Part shown: positions 1-10,244 of the stretch, piece by piece
Layout of the letters: each line of letters starts with the position of its first letter
Numbering within the stretch: the first letter of the stretch is position 1
From: Patescibacteria group bacterium
Lineage (GTDB): Bacteria; Patescibacteriota; Gracilibacteria; UBA4473
NCBI GenBank assembly: GCA_965660445.1
Contig: CBFIAK010000001.1
Location: forward strand, 160,001-224,000
Reading direction: 5' to 3'
DNA: 64,000 nt
Translations under genes and position numbers: made by a program
Notes under the pieces: model-generated
The model's input: the letters and a program-made list of their open reading frames with translations, nothing else
Databases searched by the model: none
What the model was told of the DNA's origin: nothing

Positions 1-323
1 CCTTTATAAAAAAGACACACAGGTGGATCTGAAGATTCTGCGAGTAATGCAGGATACTGTGGATCAGAGAGAATAAGTGTTTGTATGTCATATTTTTGAA
101 GCGTATCGAATATCTCAAAAGGAGATATGTTTTTTCTTTGAGCCAAAAATATTTCGATTGGTTTTGGAATTGATGAAAATAATGATAAAAACTTTTTTTC
201 AGATGCTCCAAAAACTGATTTCCAGTCACCATCAAAAGCGGTGTTTAGCAACTCAAATAATGGTTTTTTTAAAGGACAGAGAGAATGAAACGCGAGAAAA
301 AATGGAAGATTTGATGCAATCAT
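1..323 (-). CDS. dprA: DNA-processing protein DprA/Smf, N-terminal part (runs off the window start)
   Basis: Not in the ORF track. Manual translation from ATG at 323 gives MIASNLPFFLAF...TLILSDPQYPALLAESSDPPVCLFYKG, matching the DprA D-x-x-YP-x-L-x4-DPP-x2-LF-x-KG motif. Confidence 0.85.
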   Translation of the reverse strand, partial: MIASNLPFFLAFHSLCPLKKPLFELLNTAFDGDWKSVFGASEKKFLSLFSSIPKPIEIFLAQRKNISPFEIFDTLQKYDIQTLILSDPQYPALLAESSDPPVCLFYK

Positions 324-361
324 CAAAAAAAGTATGCCAAAAGCTCTCTGAAAAAACAAAT

Positions 362-400
362 AGAAAAAAAACCCTCTCTTATGAAAGAGAGAGGGTTTTC
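362..400 (-). terminator. Rho-independent terminator of the 426-1253 gene
   Basis: AAAACCCTCTCT-loop-AGAGAGGGTTTT stem, followed by a U-tract on the minus strand. Confidence 0.75.
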
Positions 401-425
401 GGAGGAGAGAAAACGAAGCCGAAGC

Positions 426-1253
426 TTAAGCCACTATGGGTTCGAATTCTACATTTTTTGTTTTTTTCATTTTTCCTTCCGTTTCAAATTCTTGTTTTAC
501 AAGAATGGTTACAGAAGAATGAACAACTGTGAGCATGGTAAAGATTTTTTGTTCGTTCCCTACAATATTCCGTTCATTCAACGGCATCATTTCTTGGATA
601 CTCAAAATCTGATTATTAAATTGCAAGAAGATATTATTTGAAAAATATTCTCGCTTATCAGAAGGTTTGATATCAAGGAAATTCATATTTGAAAACATCA
701 AATATTGAACCGTTGAATTCAGAATTATGAATGCAACAAAAAGCAAACCTTTCCATTGATCAGGTGTTATTTCTTTATTATTCATCTTACGACGAATAAA
801 GTTTAAAAACTTAAGAGATAATAAATGGTTCATAAGAGAAACCAATATCTTATTCTCTTTTTTAATAGATTCTAAAATCCCCCAAACAGTTGGTATATCT
901 TTATTATTACTTCCAAACTCTTGTATGAGTAAATTATTTATCTCATTATTTAAAGTTTGGAGTAAAGCATCATCTTGAAGAACTCCGCGCTCTGAACGCT
1001 TTTCAATGAGAGATTCAATTTGCCCTATCCTTCTCATTCTGTCGGCATTAAAAGGTTTTCTATTCGAAAACTCTTTATAAGCTATTTCCACTGCTTGAAA
1101 AGAAATATCGGGATATTCAAACAAAAACTCTGCAAAGAGGGGCTCCAAGTTTTTTAATACCCCCGAATACTGAACTGATTTGATCATGCTATCAAACCTA
1201 TATAAGATTGCAAGCTGTAAACTTGCAAACGAAGAGGAATCTGAATGCCTCAT
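426..1253 (-). CDS. Hypothetical protein, paralog of 1451-2284
   Basis: 275-aa ORF with AAGGAG RBS (1261-1266). Shares SSSFASLxLAxLYRFDSMxKSVQYS, KENKxL and QWxGL...YxxFSNxNFL with the neighbouring gene. Confidence 0.8.
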   Translation of the reverse strand: MRHSDSSSFASLQLAILYRFDSMIKSVQYSGVLKNLEPLFAEFLFEYPDISFQAVEIAYKEFSNRKPFNADRMRRIGQIESLIEKRSERGVLQDDALLQTLNNEINNLLIQEFGSNNKDIPTVWGILESIKKENKILVSLMNHLLSLKFLNFIRRKMNNKEITPDQWKGLLFVAFIILNSTVQYLMFSNMNFLDIKPSDKREYFSNNIFLQFNNQILSIQEMMPLNERNIVGNEQKIFTMLTVVHSSVTILVKQEFETEGKMKKTKNVEFEPIVA

Positions 1254-1346
1254 ACAATAACTCCTTATGATTATTTAAAAAAATGAAAAAGAACTGTTTC
1301 TCTGTTGTCTCTTTGTGATTACATCAAGAACAAAACAGAGATTGCT

Positions 1347-1375
1347 ACTATAATAACAATCAAAAAAAGAGTCAA
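1347..1375 (-). promoter_or_regulatory. Sigma70-type promoter
   Basis: TTGACT-17 bp-TATAGT on the minus strand. Confidence 0.6.
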
Positions 1376-1380
1376 CTTTA

Positions 1381-1418
1381 AAAAAAAGAGGTTGCCTGTT
1401 TTCAGAGGCAACCTTTTT
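1381..1418 (-). terminator. Rho-independent terminator of the 1451-2284 gene
   Basis: AGGTTGCCT-loop-AGGCAACCT stem flanked by A/T tracts. Confidence 0.75.
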
Positions 1419-1450
1419 ATAGAAAGAAGAGATAAAAATATAGTAAGAGA

Positions 1451-2284
1451 CTAATTTTGATCTACAAGTAGTTTTTTTTCTTTCGCAATAATATCGGCAC
1501 GTTTTTTTTGTCTTAATTCTTCAGAAATAAGAATCGATAGATTGGAATAAGATTCTTTTAAGAAAAGAAATACTATTCTTGGAAGTTCTTCAATATCCTG
1601 CTCAGGCACAATATTTTTGATATAACGCAAATGCTTTACATGCAATTCTATAAGTGATTCTGTGAGATAGACTCTATTTTCTGTCCGCTTATCTTCTAAG
1701 AAGTTTATATTTGAGAAAAGCATGTATTTCACAGAGCAATCTAAAATTTCAAAAACAAGAAAATGCAACCCCTGCCATTGATTCGATGATATATTTCCTC
1801 GTTTATATTTAAACTCCAGAAATTTAATAAAATGAAGAGAAAATAAATGCTGTAGAAAAACAATCAATGTTTTATTTTCTTTGTGAATTTTATCAAGAAT
1901 CATACGTGGATTAATAACAGTGATTTGATTAACATCAAGAGCTTCACATAATGTACGTGCTTCTTCTTCTAGAGTATCAAGAATCAATCTATCTGGACAA
2001 GATTTGCGATTCTCTTCTTCTGTTCGATTCACAAGGTCTTGTAACGCAAGAACAAGTTGAACCATTGCAGGTTTGCGTTCTGAAAAATGTCGATATGAAC
2101 TTACGACATCTGAGAAATCAAAAGAAATATCTTGTTGCAGAGGATACCGATACAAATATTCTTGAAACAAAGGATTCACGCTTTTTATGTAGCGAGAATA
2201 CTGAACCGATTTTGTCATAGAATCAAATCGGTATAAAAGTGCCAAATGCAAACTGGCAAACGATGATGAAATATCATATTTCAT
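1451..2284 (-). CDS. Hypothetical protein, paralog of 426-1253
   Basis: 277-aa ORF with AAGGAG RBS (2294-2299) and TTGACT-16-TATGAT promoter (2351-2378). Confidence 0.8.
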   Translation of the reverse strand: MKYDISSSFASLHLALLYRFDSMTKSVQYSRYIKSVNPLFQEYLYRYPLQQDISFDFSDVVSSYRHFSERKPAMVQLVLALQDLVNRTEEENRKSCPDRLILDTLEEEARTLCEALDVNQITVINPRMILDKIHKENKTLIVFLQHLFSLHFIKFLEFKYKRGNISSNQWQGLHFLVFEILDCSVKYMLFSNINFLEDKRTENRVYLTESLIELHVKHLRYIKNIVPEQDIEELPRIVFLFLKESYSNLSILISEELRQKKRADIIAKEKKLLVDQN

Positions 2285-2439
2285 ACAATCTAGCTCCTTA
2301 TATTAAATGAAAGAAATAAAAAAGAACACCCTTTTGAAAAAGGGGAATGAATCATAATAAAAAAAAATAAAAAGTCAATGAGGATAAACAAAAAAAGACC
2401 ATACTGGTCTTCTTTTGTAGCTATAAACAAAATATATAC

Positions 2440-3756
2440 TTATAACTTATCATAATCATGCATAACAAGTTGTGCATTTATACGTCGGATAATATCAAGA
2501 ACCACAGAAACAACGATAATCATCCCTGCACCTGATACAAAAAGAGAAACTGCGTTTGCATTCCCTCCTGAAAGCCATGCTTGAAAGAACAAAGGCACAA
2601 TGGCGACTACTGCCAAGAAAAGCCCCCCCCAAAAACAGAGTCGAGTTGTTACTTCTGTTAAAAAGTTTTCCGTTTCTTTTCCTGGACGATACCCTGGAAT
2701 AAATCCTCCACGTTTTTGAATATTTTCAGCCACTTTTTTTGGTTCAAACACAATAGAGACATAGAAATACGTAAACCCAAAAATAAGCAATGCATACACA
2801 ATATTATACCATAGAGTTGGTGAAGCCGGATTTAAATATAACTGAATAAATTCAGACGCTTTTACCATTGATGGATTTGTTGATTGTTGCATAAAGCTCG
2901 CCATAATAGATGGCATAGAAACAAGAGAAACAGCGAAGATAATCGGAATCATCCCAGCTTGATTAATTTTAAGAGGTAAAAAAGACCGTTGTTGTCCAGC
3001 TCCTTTTTTTCCAGCATAAATCACAGGCACTCGTCGGTCCGCTTCTGATACAAATACAATAAAGACTGTCAAAAGAAGTGTTGCTATAATGAGAGCAAGT
3101 ACGACTGGAAGATCTTGAGACTGAAACGCCGAAAATACTTGCAATGGAACCGTTGAAACAATTCCGGCAAAAATAATTAAAGAGATACCGTTTCCAATAC
3201 CTTTTTCTGAAATAAGTTCTCCAAGCCACATAAGAAATACGGTTCCTGCAGTGGCGATAAGCATCATTGGAAGTACGACTGAAAAATCTGACATATCCAC
3301 AATCGGTTGTCCTGACGGAACCGAAAATTGATTAATAAGCGCCATCATTCCGTAACTCTGCACAAATGCAAGCGGAACGGTTAAGAGTCGAGTGTACTGA
3401 TTTATTTTCTTTTGTCCTTGTTCCCCTTCTTTTTTAAGGTTTTCAATAGATGGGACAATCACCCCTAAGAGTTGCATAATGATTGATGCATTGATATAGG
3501 GTGTAAGCCCCATAAGAACAATTGAAAAACGTTCCATAGCCCCTCCTGTAAGTAAAGAAAATACCGCCATAGGACTTCCTGCAGATCCAGATTGAGCGGA
3601 TTGAACAAGTTCACGAATAGCATTCATATTTGCTCCTGGAATAGAGATATGAGACGCAACACGAAAAACAACAAGAATCAGAATTGTATAAATAATTTTT
3701 TTTCGGAGAGAAGGTGTTGTAAAAACACGTCGGAGAGTATCGAGAATATGTTTCAT
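2440..3756 (-). CDS. secY: Preprotein translocase subunit SecY
   Basis: About 10 TM helices; motifs GLTPYINASIIMQLL, GIGNGISLIIFAGI, AGMIPIIFA, FIPGYRPG. Confidence 0.97.
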   Translation of the reverse strand: MKHILDTLRRVFTTPSLRKKIIYTILILVVFRVASHISIPGANMNAIRELVQSAQSGSAGSPMAVFSLLTGGAMERFSIVLMGLTPYINASIIMQLLGVIVPSIENLKKEGEQGQKKINQYTRLLTVPLAFVQSYGMMALINQFSVPSGQPIVDMSDFSVVLPMMLIATAGTVFLMWLGELISEKGIGNGISLIIFAGIVSTVPLQVFSAFQSQDLPVVLALIIATLLLTVFIVFVSEADRRVPVIYAGKKGAGQQRSFLPLKINQAGMIPIIFAVSLVSMPSIMASFMQQSTNPSMVKASEFIQLYLNPASPTLWYNIVYALLIFGFTYFYVSIVFEPKKVAENIQKRGGFIPGYRPGKETENFLTEVTTRLCFWGGLFLAVVAIVPLFFQAWLSGGNANAVSLFVSGAGMIIVVSVVLDIIRRINAQLVMHDYDKL

Positions 3757-3813
3757 AAGGCAAAACTAAAAACAAGGAGACTGTACATACTTTTTCATTT
3801 TACGCAAGTTTTT

Positions 3814-4695
3814 TTACAAAGCAAAAAAGATACGCAATACATCATTCCATGTAATCACAACCATGAGAATCATTAAAAAAAGAAACCCTCCCACATGAAT
3901 AGCGTTTTCCCATTGAGCGGGTGGTTTCCGAAATGTGATAGCCTCGATAATTTGAAACAAAAACCGTCCTCCATCGAGAGCAGGAATAGGCAAAAGATTC
4001 ATAATCGCTAAAGAAAGAGAGAGAAGGGCTGTGAGTTTTAATAAAGCCATAATACCTTGTGGTAAAAGTTTATGAGTAGCTTCTGCGATTCCCAAAGGAC
4101 CAGAAATATCATCTGGAATCCCTTTTTTCTCATAGATTTCAATAGGCAGATGTGTTATTTTTTCAAATATAGCTGCAGAAATTCGCCCTGTTTCCGTCAC
4201 TGCAAATTCAAGTGATTGAGGAAACGGAAGCTTTATTTTTTGTATGTCAGTCACAAGCACAGAGCCGTCTTCTTGTGTTTCAGTTATAATAACACCGGAA
4301 TCGATCGCAGCATTGTATTCTTTTTCTGTCAGGATAAAAGGGTTTGTTCCAATAGTAAAAAGCAAAGTAAGAACAACAATAGTCAATACAAAATTCATAA
4401 ACACCCCAGCAAGCGTGATAATCATACGTTTCCACAAAGCTGCCTGAGAAAAACTGGCTGGATCTGGTGATTCTCCGTCTTCACCAAGCATTCGTACATA
4501 TCCACCAAAAGGTATTGCATTCAGAGAATACTCAACTCCGTCTTTTGTTGTACTCCATAGTTTCTTTCCCATACCTAAAGCAAATTCTTCTACCCGAACG
4601 CCGCTTTTTCGAGCAGCATAAAAATGTCCCCATTCGTGCACAAGAACTAAAACAGAGAAAATAACCAGAAAGACGAGTATAGAAAGAATTATCAT
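3814..4695 (-). CDS. Site-2 (M50) membrane zinc metalloprotease, RseP-like
   Basis: HEWGH zinc motif, PFGGYVRM, NLLPIPALDGG. Likely start is ATG 4695 (MIILSILVF) rather than the track start 4764, which overlaps ruvA. Confidence 0.9.
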   Translation of the reverse strand: MIILSILVFLVIFSVLVLVHEWGHFYAARKSGVRVEEFALGMGKKLWSTTKDGVEYSLNAIPFGGYVRMLGEDGESPDPASFSQAALWKRMIITLAGVFMNFVLTIVVLTLLFTIGTNPFILTEKEYNAAIDSGVIITETQEDGSVLVTDIQKIKLPFPQSLEFAVTETGRISAAIFEKITHLPIEIYEKKGIPDDISGPLGIAEATHKLLPQGIMALLKLTALLSLSLAIMNLLPIPALDGGRFLFQIIEAITFRKPPAQWENAIHVGGFLFLMILMVVITWNDVLRIFFAL

Positions 4696-4739
4696 GAAAA
4701 TCGATTGAACTATAAATAATTCATCAAAAAAATCAAACT

Positions 4740-5309
4740 TTACGACCGAGAAGACAAAAACCAAGTGACTAAGTCTTCTGCTGAAGAACTCTGATCGGCT
4801 TTTGAAAGTGATTCCTGTATATATGAAGGACTATAGCCAAGGTTTTCAAGTGCTTCACTTGCTTCTTTTAATGCATGTGACATCGGTGTTGCTGATTCTG
4901 GTGATTGAAGATCTATTTTTCCACGAAGTTCGATAATGAGTCGTTCGGCTGTTTTTTTTCCGAGTCCTGGAATACGAGTTAAAAATGAAACATCTCCGTT
5001 TTCAACCGCAGATAAAAACCGAGAAACTGGTAAAGACACCATTCCAATAGCAGTTTTGGGACCAATTCCAGAGACAGTAATGAGTTTTTCAAACAATGTT
5101 TTTTCATCTTTTGAACCAAACCCATAGAGTGATATTTCTTGTTCTTTGACAATAGTAGTAACAGGAAATGCGCAAGCTTCACCTTTTGATAACTGTGAAA
5201 GAAGTGATCCTGCCATAAAAACAGAATACCCAACACCACTATTCGTCATGCAAAGACAAATTTTATGATCTATATCCAACACCGTTCCCGAAAGATAACC
5301 AATCATCAC
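4740..5309 (-). CDS. ruvA: Holliday junction branch migration protein RuvA
   Basis: MIGYLSG, LYGF, VSGIGPKTA, IPGLGKKTAERLIIEL, ALENLGY. Confidence 0.95.
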   Translation of the reverse strand: MMIGYLSGTVLDIDHKICLCMTNSGVGYSVFMAGSLLSQLSKGEACAFPVTTIVKEQEISLYGFGSKDEKTLFEKLITVSGIGPKTAIGMVSLPVSRFLSAVENGDVSFLTRIPGLGKKTAERLIIELRGKIDLQSPESATPMSHALKEASEALENLGYSPSYIQESLSKADQSSSAEDLVTWFLSSRS

Positions 5310-5349
5310 TCTCTATCATAGCAAGGATGGGGAAAAAAGAACAATCAAA

Positions 5350-5377
5350 TTGACAAAATATTAAAAAAACATATAAT
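5350..5377 (+). promoter_or_regulatory. Sigma70 promoter of the RND efflux operon
   Basis: Consensus TTGACA-16 bp-TATAAT. Confidence 0.75.
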
Positions 5378-5414
5378 GATACGAATAAATAAAATCTATT
5401 TTTACAGGAATTCT

Positions 5415-7067
5415 ATGACAAATCCTTCTCATTCTTCATTCAAAACTATTTATCTTGTCCTTTACATATCTATTGGTGTTCTTTTTGTATGGCTTTTTTG
5501 GTTTTTTTCACAAGAGACAGAAATTGCCCCAAAACCAATATCTCAAACGGTTATTAAATCAACACCTGTGTTCGAGTTTGGATCATGGAGTCCGGATGAA
5601 AAAATTGAAATCTTAGGCACACTCGAGTCAACGGGAGATATTGATATTGTGGCTCAAACAAGTGGTATTGTTGCAGATGTTCGAAAAAATATTGGAGATG
5701 AGGTTTCAGCTGGAGAAGTTGTTGCCACAATCGAACAACAAGAAAATCTACAATCGCTTCAGTATCAAAATACACAATTAACACTACAACAAGTACGATC
5801 AACAACGACTCAAAGTATATTATCTGCAGAATTAGCACTCCAAAGTGCACAAGAAGAAGTAGCACAATTACAAACAAACGAAACACAAAACCGATCAAAA
5901 AATTGGGAAACGTTGTATACAACGGCTGTCAACAGTGAGTCAACGATTATACAGGTATCTAATTGGGCTGATGAAATATTAGGTTCTTCTGATCGGTATA
6001 GATATCAGCAAGAAGCAACAAAACGATATATTGGAAACAATGATACTATTCAAAGACAAAAAGCAAAAACACAACTCTCAACACTTCTACAAGAAATAAA
6101 TCAATGGGGCGAACCCCCTTCTCAATCAAACACACAAAATGTACTTTTTTTTGCAGAAAACAGACTTCAAGTCTTATTGGAACTACAGGATGTTGTTCGT
6201 ATACTTGATATTCTTATTCGAACAACAAATAACTCAAGTGTATTTTTAGAATCAGATAGAGCTCTATTACAAACAGAATCAAACGGCATGATGGGGCGAA
6301 TTGATGGGCAAATAACGAGTCTTAATAACAACATACAGGCAATAAAAAGTGATAATAATCGCGTTGATCTTTCCCTTATATCAGCAAAAAACCGTGTTAA
6401 AAACGCAAAAGCTCAATTAGAAGTAGTGAAATCAAATGCACAGTCTCAAATTCAAAACGCAGAAAACCAAGTACAAACTGCCTATATTAGTAAACAAAAA
6501 CTCACTATAAAATCGCCATTTTCTGGAGTTATTACTGATCGACATATAAACGCATTCTCGTTTATAAATCCAGGGCAAAAACTCTATAGTGTTTTATCAG
6601 AAAACAAAGGATGGAAAGTGGTTGGATTTGTGTCGGATCACGAACTCGATCAAATTTTAAAAAGCGAGACGATATTTATTCTGTATCAAGGAGAGAAGAT
6701 AGAAAATTTACCAACATCACAACTGAGTTATAAAACAGATGCCGGATCTCAGAAAATCAAAATAGAGTTTCCAATTCCAACATCGATCAAAACAATGAGA
6801 GTCGGAAGCTTTGCTTCTATTATTATTCCTGCCCAGACAAGTGAGTCTGATCTTATTCCTATTAGTAGTGTCTCATTTGAACCTGATGGAGCTGAAGTAT
6901 TGGTATTGAATCAAGACAACGAAGCAGAACGACGAAAAGTTCAATATGATCGTATTATTCGAAACAATATTCGAATAACAGGAGGATTGAACCAAAATGA
7001 TCGCATTATTCAGTTTCACAAACGCGTATATGCTGGTGATAGTATTAATCCTTTAGACGCAGAATAA
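5415..7067 (+). CDS. RND efflux membrane-fusion (adaptor) protein with long coiled coil
   Basis: N-terminal TM, lipoyl-like halves (SGIVADV...GDEVSAGEVVA; IKSPFSGVI), directly upstream of an AcrB-family gene. Track start 5376 overlaps the -10 box, so ATG 5415 is preferred. Confidence 0.85.
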   Translation: MTNPSHSSFKTIYLVLYISIGVLFVWLFWFFSQETEIAPKPISQTVIKSTPVFEFGSWSPDEKIEILGTLESTGDIDIVAQTSGIVADVRKNIGDEVSAGEVVATIEQQENLQSLQYQNTQLTLQQVRSTTTQSILSAELALQSAQEEVAQLQTNETQNRSKNWETLYTTAVNSESTIIQVSNWADEILGSSDRYRYQQEATKRYIGNNDTIQRQKAKTQLSTLLQEINQWGEPPSQSNTQNVLFFAENRLQVLLELQDVVRILDILIRTTNNSSVFLESDRALLQTESNGMMGRIDGQITSLNNNIQAIKSDNNRVDLSLISAKNRVKNAKAQLEVVKSNAQSQIQNAENQVQTAYISKQKLTIKSPFSGVITDRHINAFSFINPGQKLYSVLSENKGWKVVGFVSDHELDQILKSETIFILYQGEKIENLPTSQLSYKTDAGSQKIKIEFPIPTSIKTMRVGSFASIIIPAQTSESDLIPISSVSFEPDGAEVLVLNQDNEAERRKVQYDRIIRNNIRITGGLNQNDRIIQFHKRVYAGDSINPLDAE

Positions 7068-7069
7068 AT

Positions 7070-10000
7070 ATGAAAGAAAAACTCTCACTCTTCTGGACGA
7101 TTCTTTTGGAACGATTTAAGGTAACAAGCTTACTGGTTATTGCGATTCTTATCTATGGAAGTATTGCTTATTACACAATTCCTCGTGAAATCACTCCATC
7201 TATTGATATTCCTATTGCAAATGTAATAACTCTTTGGCCGGGAGCAAGTCCTGAAGACGTAGAAAAACTCATTACCAACAAAATTGAAGGAGAGATAAAA
7301 GATTTAGAGAACGTAAAAGAGTATACATCTCGATCCGTTTCTGGAATGTCTATTGTGACCATTGAGTTTGATATTAATTCAGATAAAAACAGGAATATTC
7401 AAAACTTACGAGAAAAAATAGAAACAACAAAAAAGGAACTTCCTCAAACAATTCTTGATGATCCAGAAATCAATGAAGTAAGTTTGAGTGACGAACCAAT
7501 TCTGGGATTAACGTTATCAGGTGATTTTTCATGGACTCAACTCAAACGGTTTGCTGAAGTGATTGAGTCTGATTTAAAATCAATTCAACAAGTAAAAGAT
7601 ATACGTATTGATGGGCTTCCTGAAGAACAAGTACACATTCTTGTAGACCCATTACAGATGAAAGCCCATGGGGTGAGTATTGGAGAAATAATTCAAACTA
7701 TTCGTGCACATCATATAGATATGCCATTAGGGCAAATTGATAGTAGCGGAGGAAAAATTGAAGTATCAGTACGATCTGAGATGAAGAACGTCAGTGAATT
7801 CTTGGCACTCCCAATTAAAAAATCTACATCTGGAGCAATTATCCGACTTGAAGATTTTGCTGAAGCGAGGCGGGAGTTTGATGAGTTTGCGGTAGAAACA
7901 ACTTTTGTGAATCAAAACGGAAACAAACCCGCTGTTTTTATCAATGTTATTAAGTCAGCTGCAAAAGGAAATATTATTACAATGGTAGAAGAAGCTATTG
8001 ACCGAATTGAAACACTTAAATCAGACAAAAAAATTCCTCAGTCCCTTAATACTGATATTACATTTAATCGTGCCGACGATATTAACGAGTCATTATCGAC
8101 ATTAGTGAATAGCGGAAAACAAACGCTTATTCTCATTGCACTTGTTATGTTTTTAGCACTTGGATGGAGAGAATCCATACTCGCATCAACGGCTATTCCG
8201 TTAGCAATGATGATTGGAATTATTGTTTTAAATATCTTAGGACGAACCTTTAATGGAATCTCATTATTTGCACTTGTCCTCTCTATTGGGTTATTAGTCG
8301 ATAATGCCATTATTATTGTAGAAGGTATTTCTGAAGCTATTCACGAACGAAAACGAACTCCAATCCAAGCAGCAAAAGAAACACTAACTCTTTTTCGTTG
8401 GCCTATTATTAGCGGAACGCTCACGACGATATTCGCGTTTCTCCCGATGTTATTTTATATATCAGGAATAAGTGGACAATATATTAGCGTGGTTCCTGTA
8501 ACGGTTATCACCATTTTAATAGGTGCTCTTTTTATTGCTCTATTTCTATTGCCATCGTTAAGTATTTATTTTTACAACGTATGGAAACCAAAACCCAAAA
8601 AGAATACACAACTAAAAAAAATACAAAACTGGTATGAATCAACAATGCGGAGCATCTTAAACTCTCGCATGAATATAATAAATGTGTGTGTACTCACGAC
8701 ACTTTTCTTTTTATTTTCTATTGGATTGGTGGTCAGTCGACAAGTGCCAATTGAGGTTTTTCCAGAAAGTGATTCTGTTGTGTTTGGGATTCAAGTAGAA
8801 TACCCCGAAGGAACGCCACTCGATCAAACAAAAGACATTATTCCGGCTATTGAGAATGTGTTGCATCCGTATATGGAATCAACAGAAAATAGATCTGCAT
8901 GGATTAAAAGTTTTATTTTCACTGCTGGGCAACCATCATCATCTATTCGAGGAGGTATCAATGGAATGTCGTTATCACAGAGTAATATTTTAGGAGTTAC
9001 AGTGAACTTAACAGATAAAGCGAGTAGGGAGACACCTTCATACGAAATTGTATCGATTATTGAAAAAGAGTTTCAACCGATTATTCCGTCACATGCTGAA
9101 TTAAAACTACAACAAGAACAAGGTGGTCCTCCAACGGGAGCACCTATAGAGATTCTCATTTTAGGGCCAGATATGGATCGTTTAGAACTGTTAAGCCAAG
9201 AAATAAAAAAGAATCTTGCACGTATTCCTGAAACAAAAAATATAACTGATTCTCAAAACAATAAGACCATTCAAATGAATTGGACATTGAAGCGAGATGT
9301 TATGACAAATCTGGGGCTTACGCCATCACAAATCATTGAACCATTACGAGCATCGATTAATGGAGTAACCGTGGTTCAGTTAACCGAAGGCGAAGACGAA
9401 GTTGATGTTGATATTCGTATTGACTGGGATGGGACAAAAGCATGGCAAACTGTTGAATCACTTGAACGAATTGATCAGATTCCGTTATTGACCCAACGAG
9501 GAGAAAGCATAACGTTTCGACAAATAGCAGAACCTGATTTAAGTGCAAAATCTTCACAAATAAATCATAAAAACGGGGAACGAATTGTAACCATTCAAGC
9601 AGACACTGAAATAGGTGTTGTGGTATCTCAAATTATGCCTCAAGTAGAGACAATCTTATCTGATATATCACTTTTACCAGGGGAACGAATTGAATTTGGT
9701 GGAGACTCAGAAGAAGGAAATCGAATTATGGGTGAAATGGCTCAATCGATGTTAATGGCCATTTTGCTTATTTTCTTAGTGTTAGTGTTTCAATTTAATT
9801 CATATATTCAACCATTGATTATATTGGCCATTGTTCCATTATCACTCACTTCTATTTTTATTGGGTTTTGGATTTTAGGTTTAGCCGTTAGTTTTCCAAC
9901 GATGATAGGAATTGTCGCTCTTTCTGGAATTATTGTAAATGATGCGATTGTTTTGATTGATAGGATTAACCAGTATCGACTTGATAATAATTCCTATATC

Positions 10001-10240
10001 GAATCGTATATACAAGCTGGAAAAGAGCGGATGCAACCTATATTTTTAACATCTATTACAACTGTTGTTGGGCTCTTGCCATTATCACTTTCTGATAAAG
10101 TATGGGCGGGGTTAGGGTTTGCTATTATTTTTGGAATGATGCTTTCAACCATTCTAACCTTATTATTGATTCCATGTTTTCTTATTATTGCTCGAAATGC
10201 AGAATCAAAAATAAAAGGGTTTTTTAAACAAAAATCGTAA
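7070..10240 (+). CDS. AcrB/AcrD/AcrF-family RND efflux transporter
   Basis: 1056 aa; PGASPEDVE, IGLLVDNAIIIVE, GIIVNDAIVLID, RMQPIFLTSITT. Confidence 0.95.
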   Translation: MKEKLSLFWTILLERFKVTSLLVIAILIYGSIAYYTIPREITPSIDIPIANVITLWPGASPEDVEKLITNKIEGEIKDLENVKEYTSRSVSGMSIVTIEFDINSDKNRNIQNLREKIETTKKELPQTILDDPEINEVSLSDEPILGLTLSGDFSWTQLKRFAEVIESDLKSIQQVKDIRIDGLPEEQVHILVDPLQMKAHGVSIGEIIQTIRAHHIDMPLGQIDSSGGKIEVSVRSEMKNVSEFLALPIKKSTSGAIIRLEDFAEARREFDEFAVETTFVNQNGNKPAVFINVIKSAAKGNIITMVEEAIDRIETLKSDKKIPQSLNTDITFNRADDINESLSTLVNSGKQTLILIALVMFLALGWRESILASTAIPLAMMIGIIVLNILGRTFNGISLFALVLSIGLLVDNAIIIVEGISEAIHERKRTPIQAAKETLTLFRWPIISGTLTTIFAFLPMLFYISGISGQYISVVPVTVITILIGALFIALFLLPSLSIYFYNVWKPKPKKNTQLKKIQNWYESTMRSILNSRMNIINVCVLTTLFFLFSIGLVVSRQVPIEVFPESDSVVFGIQVEYPEGTPLDQTKDIIPAIENVLHPYMESTENRSAWIKSFIFTAGQPSSSIRGGINGMSLSQSNILGVTVNLTDKASRETPSYEIVSIIEKEFQPIIPSHAELKLQQEQGGPPTGAPIEILILGPDMDRLELLSQEIKKNLARIPETKNITDSQNNKTIQMNWTLKRDVMTNLGLTPSQIIEPLRASINGVTVVQLTEGEDEVDVDIRIDWDGTKAWQTVESLERIDQIPLLTQRGESITFRQIAEPDLSAKSSQINHKNGERIVTIQADTEIGVVVSQIMPQVETILSDISLLPGERIEFGGDSEEGNRIMGEMAQSMLMAILLIFLVLVFQFNSYIQPLIILAIVPLSLTSIFIGFWILGLAVSFPTMIGIVALSGIIVNDAIVLIDRINQYRLDNNSYIESYIQAGKERMQPIFLTSITTVVGLLPLSLSDKVWAGLGFAIIFGMMLSTILTLLLIPCFLIIARNAESKIKGFFKQKS

Positions 10241-10244
10241 CCAC

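Noticed and set aside
77-641. Plus-strand ORFs 77-532 and 381-641
   Set aside because: Shadow ORFs opposite dprA, a terminator and the 426-1253 gene.
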